Shown one piece after another: positions 25,870 to 34,600 of a stretch of 36,159 nucleotides of DNA (its first letter is position 1; the number at the start of each line of letters is the position of its first letter). The position numbers and the translations under genes were made by a program. The notes under the pieces were generated by a model that was not told where the DNA came from, did no database searches, and worked only from the letters and a program-made list of their open reading frames with translations. The stretch comes from a virus (lineage: Duplodnaviria > Caudoviricetes), in IMG/VR virus record IMGVR_UViG_3300046719_000042, positions 1 to 36,159 of that record; one strand, given 5' to 3'.

Positions 25870-26181
25870 ATGGTCTTCGAGGTTCCCCAGCAGCAGGAAC
25901 GCTACAAGGACACGGGTCGCAGAGAAATCGTCCTGCTTGGACGCACCGTCCTGGCTAGTCTCGTGAAGCTGAAGGAAGCCGACGCCAACGCGCTCAGAGC
26001 TTCCCACGAGATTTTCGTCGAGAAGTTGCCTGGAGTTCCAAACCAACAACTCCAGGGACAGGTAATAAACTTTGACGGTCGCGACTACCGCGTCATCAAG
26101 GTTACAGATCCCAAGATATCGGATCCGGTCATGCGCGGGCGCTACTTAAGATTGATATCCACTGCCGTGGCCCCCGACTAG
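25870..26181 (+). CDS. Possible head-closure/head-tail joining-like protein (103 aa)
   Basis: True start is ATG 25870. ASHEIFV...VINFDGRDYRVIKV.D...GRYLRLI resembles SPP1 gp16/lambda gpFII-type beta proteins. Confidence 0.5.
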   Translation: MVFEVPQQQERYKDTGRREIVLLGRTVLASLVKLKEADANALRASHEIFVEKLPGVPNQQLQGQVINFDGRDYRVIKVTDPKISDPVMRGRYLRLISTAVAPD

Positions 26182-26203
26182 AAGCCATCCACCCCAACGT
26201 CCC

Positions 26204-26235
26204 GCCCGCCCGGAGAAATCCGAGGCGGGCTTTTT
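26204..26235 (+). terminator. Intrinsic terminator
   Basis: GCCCGCC-CGGA-gaaa-TCCG-a-GGCGGGC followed by TTTTT. Confidence 0.75.
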
Positions 26236-26253
26236 CATGATCGGAGTTCTGAC

Positions 26254-26667
26254 ATGGCCCTAAAGATCACGACCGGCACCGCGGATTCGATGCTCACCAC
26301 CCTGGCGACATCGCTCAACTCCGGCCTTCTTCGGATTTATTCCGGGACAGAACCGGCCACCGCCGACACGGCCTTGTCCGGCAATACCCTTCTCGCCCAG
26401 CTCACATTCGGGGCGACCGCCTTCGCCGCCGCGACGGCTTCGGGAGCGGACCGCATCATTACCGCCAATGCGATTACACAGGATAGCAGCGCAGATGCAG
26501 ATGGCACCGCGACTTTCTTCCGCGCCACCAACACCGCCGGGACAACCACGATATACCAGGGAACGGTCGGCACCAGCGGCCAGCAGCTCAACCTGACGGC
26601 AACCAACATCGTTGCCGGCGGCGTCGTCAGCGTCTCTTCCCTATCGATCACCCTGCCGACGGCCTAA
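26254..26667 (+). CDS. Small conserved virion fibre subunit (candidate 'bead' protein, 137 aa)
   Basis: LRIYSGTEPATADTA...LLAQL...DSSADADGTATFFR...QGTVG...L.L.ATNIVAG..VSVSSLSIT; GGAG RBS; directly precedes a 24-aa-repeat protein. Confidence 0.7.
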   Translation: MALKITTGTADSMLTTLATSLNSGLLRIYSGTEPATADTALSGNTLLAQLTFGATAFAAATASGADRIITANAITQDSSADADGTATFFRATNTAGTTTIYQGTVGTSGQQLNLTATNIVAGGVVSVSSLSITLPTA

Positions 26668-26694
26668 CATTTCCCCTGACATGGGGGAAACCCA

Positions 26695-29600
26695 ATGACG
26701 ACCTACTACGTCAAGAACGGTGGCAACGACAGCGCCGACGGTCTGTCGGATGCCACTGCGTGGGCATCCCTTGGCAAAGCCGCCGGAGCCAATATCGGGG
26801 CCGGGGACTCCGTGCTGTTCAAGCGCGGCAGTCGTTGGAGAGAGGAGTTTGTCTGTTACAAGGGCGGGAGCAGTGTGTCCTCCCGCCTTACCTTCGGAGC
26901 CTATGGCACCGGCACAGCGCCGATCATCGACGGCTCAGACATCATCACCGGCTGGACGATGGAGTCTCCATCCGGCGGTTCATCCGGAGAGGACTTTACC
27001 GACACCAGCGGTTCCCGGCCCATTGCCTGGTGGGGATTTTCGGAAACCACCGGCACGCGGGCCAGCACGGCGGGAACCGGGAACGGACTCGTCCCGAGCA
27101 CAAATTCGCCGACGCGCGGGACTGGCCCCCACGGTCAGTTCTCCGCGGAGTTCGTCAAGGCGTCCTCCCAGCAGTTCACTCTGGCGGAAACCTCCATGAC
27201 GGCCGATTTTCCCGGTCGGTCAACTGTGCCGAACGCATCGGTCACGGTCGGGGGCTGGGTCCGGGTCGACGCTGAGACGGCCGGCGACGGCGGGATCCTT
27301 TCCAAGGACACCAACTACCAGATCATGATCGAGGGCAGCGTTGTCCAGTTCCGGGTATTCGGGGCGAACAACGCCGGGGCGGCGGCCTCCGGGGATAGCA
27401 CGACCTACAGCGCGGGAACCTGGAGGCATTATGTCGGGCGCTGGACGGCGGGTACCGGCGAGACCGTCCTGTTCGTCAACGGCGTCAAGAAGACCCCCGC
27501 GACGATTACCACCAGGAATACCTCGACTGGGGCCTTCCAAGTCGGCAACGCCACCTTCAAGTCTAATTTCGACGGCGCCCTGACCGAACTGTTCGTTTTC
27601 AATACGGCCCTGACCGATGCCCAGATCGCCTCCATCTATAACAGCGGGCTGAATGGCTCCAGAACGCAGGTCGGACCGACCTACTACTACAAGCCCTTTA
27701 CATCGAAACCCGGCGGCGTCTTCAGCGACGGCAATCCGCTCAGGCTCGTTGACCTCAAGGCGGACATGGGCCTCGGCAACGAATGGTGGGATCCGGTCAA
27801 CTTCAGGCAGTATGTCCGTCTTGCCGGTGATGACGCCCCTTCCGGCCACACCATGGAAATCGGGATAAGAACCTATCCCATGCGTATCCAGGGGACGGAT
27901 CACTGGACGATCGAGGATATCTGGGTCAGAGGAGCCTACAAGGCAAATATTTTCGCAGACACGAACAACGACGGCATCGTCCGCCGATGCATACTCACCC
28001 ACGCTTCCGAAAACGGCGTCCACATCTATACCCACACGAACCTCAGCACACAGGGGTTCGAAGTCAGCAACAACGTGTGCTATGCGAACGGCGCCTGTGG
28101 GATCACGGTTGCCGGACAAAACGCGATATCCATGGCTGGCATTCGCATCCGCAACAATGAAACATACGGCAACTGCTGGCAGCCGAGACGAAAAGAAAAT
28201 GACGAGTTTTCCTTTACCGGTGGCATCCGGCCGATCGGCAGGGAGATAAACGACTGCATCATCGAGGATAACTACGTTCACGACGAGGGTATAGATGGCA
28301 ACTATTCCCACGGCTGCGGTATATGGTTCGATACCGTAGGATTGAACTGTATTGCCAGGCGCAATCGTGTTGAGAGAACGTCATCCTGGGGCATCCAGAT
28401 CGAGGACTGTAATTCCGTTAAAGCACACTCAAACGTTGTCGTTGGAACCGTTTATTACCCAGGCATAGCCATCATCAGGAACTGTGACAATAATCTCGTT
28501 TATAATAATACACTGGTTAACTGCCAAGGGGGGTTCAACTTCTCCAATGGTGGCGGCGGATCTCACTTCGCCGGGAACCAGATCTTCAACAACATCGTCA
28601 GCCAAACGACAGGCCGTGTCATCCTGGCGGATACCGGGGTCAATACCGCCGCGAATGTTTCCTTCAACAAAAACCTCTTTGGACCGGCCAGAACCAACTT
28701 CATCTACTGGAACGACGACTACTCCAGCTATGCGGCCTGGGAGCAGGCCCTGGATGGCGCGAGCAATTCGATCCAAGTAAACCCGACCTTTGTCAACGCC
28801 GCCGCTGGGGATTACCATCTTGCGGTTGGATCGTCCGGCCGGAGCGCCGGTGCCGCCTTGCCGGCGGGGACGCTGGATTTCGTCAAGACGGAGTTCTCCG
28901 GCACCCCCAGCGTCGGGGCGCTGGAGCTGTCGTCCGCGACTACGATCCTTGGAACCTCTGCGGTCCGTCTCTCCGCCCTGAGAGGGGCCGGCGTTGGAAC
29001 CCGCGTTCTTCCCGCCCTGGTCGCCACGTCCGCCGTGCGCTTGATCTCCCTGACCGGAACCGGTTTCGGCACCCGGACGATACCGGCGAAAGATGCCACC
29101 TCCGCCGTGCGCTTGACCGCCCTGCGCGGAACTGCGACGGGGACCGCGAGCCTGCCGACCTTCAGGATTGGCGTCTCCGCCGTTTTCCTGACCGCGTTGC
29201 GCGGCACCGCCACCGGTGCCCGGACGATCCCGGCGCGGACCGGGACCTCCGCCTCCAGATGGCCGAACCTTTCCACGCTGGCCCTCGGGACGACCGGCAC
29301 GACGTCCGCCAGGATCGGTGCCTCTGCCGTGCGCCTGACCGCCCTGCGCGGAACCGCCATTGGCGCCAGGGCCATTCCGACGCGCACCGGTACCTCGGCC
29401 GTCGTCTGGCCCAAGCTGTCCGTCTCCGCTCTCGGGACAGCCGGAAACCCAACCTCCAGGATCGGCGTTTCTATCGTTCGCTTGGTGGCGCTGCGTGGCC
29501 TCGGGAACGGCACCAGGACGGTCCCCAACAGGATTGGCACCAGCGCCATCAGGTGGCTGAAGTTCGTCCATGCCGCACTCGGACTGCGGACGGTTCCGGG

Positions 29601-29997
29601 CGGCTTCGACATTGTTCCCCATATCAATGCTCCGGCCTGGAGAACCGCTGACTTTGGCGACGGCAGCGCGCGGGTGTCCTGGCGTTCCGCCCTCGATCCG
29701 GGAGAGAAGAAAGCCTACACCATCAACTGTGGCACGGAACTTGCCGGGGAAAACCGGATCGAGATCGTCAACGTTGCCCTGTCCGGCCTGGCCGTGCTGG
29801 CGGGGCTCCGCATCCGGGCGATGAGCAACGACTTGACCAACGTCACGCTTTGGCTGGAGGTCAATGCTACGGACAGAACGCGGCCCAACTGGAACGGAGA
29901 TGGAGAAACCCACACCCTGACTTGCACCATCGACGTCACGGACGGCCAGCGCTTCGAGCGGGACGTGGCCATCCAGATCAAGCAACTCGGCCAGTGA
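26695..29997 (+). CDS. Modular fibre protein: beta-helix with inserted LamG domain, 9 x 24-aa repeats, C-terminal anchor domain
   Basis: TYYVKNGGNDSADGLS..AW..GDSVLFKRG..FGAYGTG.AP.IDG (right-handed beta-helix start); LamG 26989-27657; Asn ladder; PTFVNAAAGDYHL..GALE end cap; repeats 28945-29601; anchor 29629-29994. Confidence 0.85.
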   Translation: MTTYYVKNGGNDSADGLSDATAWASLGKAAGANIGAGDSVLFKRGSRWREEFVCYKGGSSVSSRLTFGAYGTGTAPIIDGSDIITGWTMESPSGGSSGEDFTDTSGSRPIAWWGFSETTGTRASTAGTGNGLVPSTNSPTRGTGPHGQFSAEFVKASSQQFTLAETSMTADFPGRSTVPNASVTVGGWVRVDAETAGDGGILSKDTNYQIMIEGSVVQFRVFGANNAGAAASGDSTTYSAGTWRHYVGRWTAGTGETVLFVNGVKKTPATITTRNTSTGAFQVGNATFKSNFDGALTELFVFNTALTDAQIASIYNSGLNGSRTQVGPTYYYKPFTSKPGGVFSDGNPLRLVDLKADMGLGNEWWDPVNFRQYVRLAGDDAPSGHTMEIGIRTYPMRIQGTDHWTIEDIWVRGAYKANIFADTNNDGIVRRCILTHASENGVHIYTHTNLSTQGFEVSNNVCYANGACGITVAGQNAISMAGIRIRNNETYGNCWQPRRKENDEFSFTGGIRPIGREINDCIIEDNYVHDEGIDGNYSHGCGIWFDTVGLNCIARRNRVERTSSWGIQIEDCNSVKAHSNVVVGTVYYPGIAIIRNCDNNLVYNNTLVNCQGGFNFSNGGGGSHFAGNQIFNNIVSQTTGRVILADTGVNTAANVSFNKNLFGPARTNFIYWNDDYSSYAAWEQALDGASNSIQVNPTFVNAAAGDYHLAVGSSGRSAGAALPAGTLDFVKTEFSGTPSVGALELSSATTILGTSAVRLSALRGAGVGTRVLPALVATSAVRLISLTGTGFGTRTIPAKDATSAVRLTALRGTATGTASLPTFRIGVSAVFLTALRGTATGARTIPARTGTSASRWPNLSTLALGTTGTTSARIGASAVRLTALRGTAIGARAIPTRTGTSAVVWPKLSVSALGTAGNPTSRIGVSIVRLVALRGLGNGTRTVPNRIGTSAIRWLKFVHAALGLRTVPGGFDIVPHINAPAWRTADFGDGSARVSWRSALDPGEKKAYTINCGTELAGENRIEIVNVALSGLAVLAGLRIRAMSNDLTNVTLWLEVNATDRTRPNWNGDGETHTLTCTIDVTDGQRFERDVAIQIKQLGQ
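28945..29601 (+). repeat. 9 tandem 24-25-aa coding repeats (R.GTSAVRLTALRGTA.G.RT.P)
   Basis: 657 nt = 219 aa = six 24-aa and three 25-aa units, counted by hand. Confidence 0.9.
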
Positions 29998-30039
29998 CAG
30001 TATCCACCAATCACAAGACCCTGAAAGGAAGATGACATT

Positions 30040-30324
30040 ATGGCCGTTCTCTATGACGTAATAGCGTTGTTTGAAATGCTGTATCCAGATATTCCTGTGC
30101 AGTATACTGTTCCATCACCAACGTGGGAGCAAGTAGATGTAATGGCAATGGAGCAAATTCCTCAATGGCAGGGAGTCAGAGCTATACTGGATACTATGGA
30201 ATTCAAAATTACGGCTGGTGTTAAAACCATCTACCCTCCAACACAGCCGTGTGACGAAGAGGTTATAACTAATGCTGCACGGGGGGTTAATGTGACTGTT
30301 GGTGACTTTTCCAATCTTCCTTAA
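30040..30324 (+). CDS. Hypothetical protein, paralog of the next gene, low GC
   Basis: DV..LF..LYPDI...M.QIPQW.GV.A.L.T.E.KI..GV...YP..QP shared with 30346..30600. Confidence 0.75.
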   Translation: MAVLYDVIALFEMLYPDIPVQYTVPSPTWEQVDVMAMEQIPQWQGVRAILDTMEFKITAGVKTIYPPTQPCDEEVITNAARGVNVTVGDFSNLP

Positions 30325-30345
30325 CTAATCAGGAAAGATAAGACA

Positions 30346-30600
30346 ATGGCAAATACCATGGATGTCGCCACCCTGTTCGCCCTGCTGTACCCGGACATTG
30401 AGATTGTCTACGCCAATCCGACGACCATCAGTGAATCGACCATGTCCCAGATTCCTCAGTGGAGAGGCGTGCAAGCACTGCTCTTGACGGTCGAACAGAA
30501 AATTTTGCAGGGAGTCAGGGTGAATTATCCCTTGGCCCAGCCGCTCAACGAGGGTGGTGTCCTTCAAACCCTGATAGAGGTTCCTGCCGTCACGCCGTAA
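30346..30600 (+). CDS. Hypothetical protein, paralog of the previous gene
   Basis: Same LYPDI/QIPQW/YP.QP motifs; AGGA upstream. Confidence 0.75.
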   Translation: MANTMDVATLFALLYPDIEIVYANPTTISESTMSQIPQWRGVQALLLTVEQKILQGVRVNYPLAQPLNEGGVLQTLIEVPAVTP

Positions 30601-30627
30601 CAGGGAATCCGGAAGAGGCTTGGCCCC

Positions 30628-31602
30628 ATGGTAAATACAAAGATCTCCGCGCTGCCCGTCGCGACCACCCCTGTCGCCGGAACAGCCAAAATCCCCATCG
30701 TCCAGGGCGGGGCCACCAAAGTCACGACGGCGGCAGATCTCCGGAACACGCCCGAGCCGTTTGTGATGACCGCGCAGGCGACCGGCAGCGTAACCGCGTC
30801 TGAGACGAATACGATCAAGATGTTCGCCAGATCCTATTCCGGGCGCATCATGCCCGAGTTTGTCAGCGAAACCGGAGTTGATTGCTTCCTTCAGCCATCC
30901 TTGATCAACAACAACCTCATGCTGTGGCAGCCGTCCGTGGGAACCGTCGCCGGCACGATCCTGGGGAACACATTCACGTCCGTGGGGACGGCGAGTCATC
31001 CGGTTCTTGCTTCAACCAATATACAAACGGCGATGCGTCGCACCAACTGGGTCACTACGGCGACAACGGCTGCTACCACCTGCGGGATACGCGGAAACGT
31101 CCCACAGATTTGGCGCGGCAATGCCGCGAACCTCGGCGGATTTCATGCATTTTTTCGCTTCAGCCAGAATACCAATCTGTTGGGACACCAGACATTCGTC
31201 GGACTGGCGGTGTCCACGGCGGTTCTGGGCGGGGACCCATCGGCGCTGACCGACATGATCGGTATCGGCTATGACGGAGCGGATGCCATCGTGAACGGCT
31301 GGCAGCTCATGCGGAACGACGCCACGGGTGCCGCAACGAAGGTATCCCTCGGATCCTCTGCTCCCAGAGACACCAGCACAGTCCTTGATCTCTCCCTCTA
31401 CGCCCCGGCCAACGCATCGTTCATCGGGGTCCGGGTCTACAATCAGAGCACCCAGACGGTCGTTCTGGACAACGTCGCCTACACCACCGACCTGCCGACC
31501 AATACGGCGTTCTTGAACTTCCACGTCCAGACCCGCGTCGGCACCGCTGGAGCGAACCAGAATCTTCAACTGAATAAAATCTATATCGATTCCGATGTCT
31601 GA
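30628..31602 (+). CDS. Putative fibre/spike protein with KISALP-type N-terminal anchor and lectin-like body
   Basis: TKISALPVAT...IPIVQGGATK N-terminus typical of phage fibre attachment domains; beta-rich C-terminal domain ending TDLPT...IYIDSD. Confidence 0.7.
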   Translation: MVNTKISALPVATTPVAGTAKIPIVQGGATKVTTAADLRNTPEPFVMTAQATGSVTASETNTIKMFARSYSGRIMPEFVSETGVDCFLQPSLINNNLMLWQPSVGTVAGTILGNTFTSVGTASHPVLASTNIQTAMRRTNWVTTATTAATTCGIRGNVPQIWRGNAANLGGFHAFFRFSQNTNLLGHQTFVGLAVSTAVLGGDPSALTDMIGIGYDGADAIVNGWQLMRNDATGAATKVSLGSSAPRDTSTVLDLSLYAPANASFIGVRVYNQSTQTVVLDNVAYTTDLPTNTAFLNFHVQTRVGTAGANQNLQLNKIYIDSDV

Positions 31603-31697
31603 CCGTCCCCATCCGGGAGCCGCGCCCATGGCCGATGTCCATATCCTAGAGATGCGGCACCCCCTCTGCCGGAGATCCGCGACCGGGACCGTCTTCC

Positions 31698-34600
31698 ATG
31701 GGTGAAATCCTGATCCTGATGGAGAGCGGGGATACCCTCCTCGCCGAAGACGATTCACTTTTACAGCAAGAGCCGCCGCCTCCAGCGGAAAACTTTACGG
31801 ATGGCACGGGGGTAAAGCCGGTCGCGTGGTGGTATTTCAGCGAGACTTCCGGCAACAGAGCCAGTTCTGCCGGATCCAGCGATGTCCTGGTCCCCAGCGC
31901 CAGCGCACCGACTCGCGGTACCGGGCCGCACGACTATTACTCAGCCGAGTTCGTCAAGGCATCGTCCCAGCAGTTCAATCTTGCCGATGCCAGTATGTCG
32001 TCGACCTTCCCAGGCAAGAACGGCCTGACGAACGGCGACTTCACGATGGGCGGCTGGATGCGCGTCGACAGCGAAACCAGCGGTGACGGCGGCATTTGGT
32101 CGAAGGACACGAACTTTCAGTTCGTTGTCGAAGGCCCGGTGATCTTCCGGATTTTCTCCAGCGGAAACGGTGCCACTGGCTATTCCTACGATGACGCGGG
32201 GATGTCCTACGGGACGTGGAAACACTATGTCGGCCGCTGGACGGCGGCAACCGGTGCCGTCGAGCTTTTTGTCAATGGCGTCAAGCAGTCGAGGGTGGAT
32301 ACCGTCTCCACCCGCAATACCTGGACTACCGATATGTTCGTCGGTAACGCAACCTTCAAAAGTAATTTTGACGGTGCGCTTGCCGAGCTTTTCGTCTTCG
32401 ACAGCGCTCTCACGGACGATCAGATTCTATCCATTTACACGAATGGACTGGACGCGCGGCGAGCGGTTGTTGAAATCAGCGGCACCAGCGCTGTCATCTC
32501 TCCAAAGCTTACCGGTACCGCGTCCGGTTCAAGGACCATTCCGGACCGAACCGGCACAAGCGCCGTCACATCGCCTAAGCTTACCGGCACCGCAACCGCT
32601 TCAAGGACGATCCCAAGTAGGACCGGCACCAGCGCTGTCATCTCTCCAAAGCTTACCGGTACCGCGACGGCTTCAAGGACAATTCCAGACAGGGCAGGCA
32701 CCAGCGCCGTCACATCGCCAAAGCTTATTGGAGCCGCGTCCGGTTCAAGGACCATCCCGGACAGGACCGGCACCAGCGCCGTTATATCGCCGAAGCTTAC
32801 CGGCACCGCAACCGCTTCAAGGACGATCCCAGACAGGATAGGTACCAGCGCCGTATCCCTATTCCCTGTCCTCCACGTCGCCAACGTCCAACACTATGCT
32901 GGAAACGAGTTCTCCTACGAATTCTCCAGTGAGTTCACCGTTCAGACCATCGACGCACTAAGCGGCACGTCGGTCTCAACTCTTCCAAAAGCCACCACGA
33001 CCGCGACCGGCGGCAGAAGCATCCCGGACAGGATCGCCAGCGGTGCCGTCACATGGACAAAGCTGACCACGGCTTCCAGCGCCAGCCGGACCATCCCGGA
33101 CAGGATCGCAATCTCAGCCGTGACTTGGCCGAAGCTTACCGGCGTGGCGGCAGGTTCCAGAACCATCCCAAACAGGACAGCCACCTCCAGCGGAATACTG
33201 CCCAAGGCGACGGCGGCTGCGGCCGGAGCCAGGACGATCCCAAATCGGACAGGGACATCCTCTGCGACCTTGGTTGCCCTTTCCCAGACGGCGACGGGAA
33301 GTCGTCTGGCCCCGACGGTTATCGGCATCAGCGCATCCACGGTGCCAAAGGCAACGGGCAGCGGTGCCGGTTCCCGGACATCGCCGGCCAGGACTGGCAC
33401 CAGCGCTGTAACGCTGCCGTTGCTTGGTCACAGCGCTCTGGGCGGGAGATCCCTGCCCGGCAACACAGGCGCCTCGGCTATCATCCTGCCAATCCTGACA
33501 GGCACCGCAGCAGGCATCAGAACAGTACCGGCACGCACAGGCGGAAGCGCCGTCGTCCTGTCTGCACTGACCGGCACCTCTGCCGGGACCAGGACGATCC
33601 CCCAGAGAACCGGCTCCGGCACCGCCACATGGCCCAAACTGACGACGGTAACCGTCGCCTCCCGGACCATCCCGGTGCGTTCCGGCACCATCTCCGTGAC
33701 GTTGCCGAAAGCGACGAGCACCGCCACCGCGTTCCGGACCCTGCCCGACCGAACCGGCGGCAGTGCTGTCAGGTTGTCGTCCCTGGCAGGGGCCGGGACC
33801 GGCTCACGGACCGTCCCCGCCCTCTCCGGGAACAGCGCCGTGACGTGGGTTAAGCTGGCCGGTCTTGGCTCAGGAGGGAGATCTATCCCGACCAGATCCG
33901 GCACAAGCATTTCGATCCTGCGCTTTCCACAGACAGCGGCAGCCGGCTCCCGCACTCCTCCGATGCTGACCGCTACGTCGCTTGGGGCGCTGCCATTTCC
34001 CACTCACGGCGCCGCCGGTCAAAGAAGCCCGCCGGAGCGCATCGCCAGTTCAGGCGTCACGCTGCCTATGCCGACATCGTCGGCGACCGGGGCCAGGCAG
34101 CCTCCCGAGGCCATTGCGGTCTCCGCCGTCACGCTTCCCAAGCCGACCGTGGTCGCGATCGGCTCACGACAGCCCCCAGCAGCCGTCGTCACCAGTACCG
34201 TGACGCTGCCCACCATGACAGCGGCCGGAGCGGGCTCCCGCACGATCCCCATCCGAACCGGAAGTTCAAGCTCCACGGTCTCCAAACTGAGCCACTCCGC
34301 CACTGGACAGCGCGGTATCGGTGGACTCGATGGCCTCAGCAGCACCCGGTTCCCGAAACCGACCGGCACCGGCACGGGGTCCAGGACGATCCCGGCGCGG
34401 ACGGGAACGTCGGCCACCATCCTGCCGTTCCCGCTGGTCTCCTCCCTGGGCATCCGGATCGCCCCGGCAGCCGTCGGCACTTCCGCCGTCACGCTGCCCA
34501 GGTTGGGCCATGCGGCAGCCGGAGAGGCATTGCTGCCCGGCATCTACGCGGACAGTTCCGTCACCCTGCCGACCCTCACCGGAAGTGCGGCCGGGACCCG

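Noticed and set aside
26989-32453. Duplicated segments as a diversity-generating retroelement TR/VR pair
   Set aside because: Both copies are coding, differences are not adenine-specific, and there is no reverse transcriptase in the window.
32475-32834. Near-identical DNA repeats resembling a CRISPR array
   Set aside because: Contiguous in-frame 72-nt coding units with no unique spacers and no cas genes.
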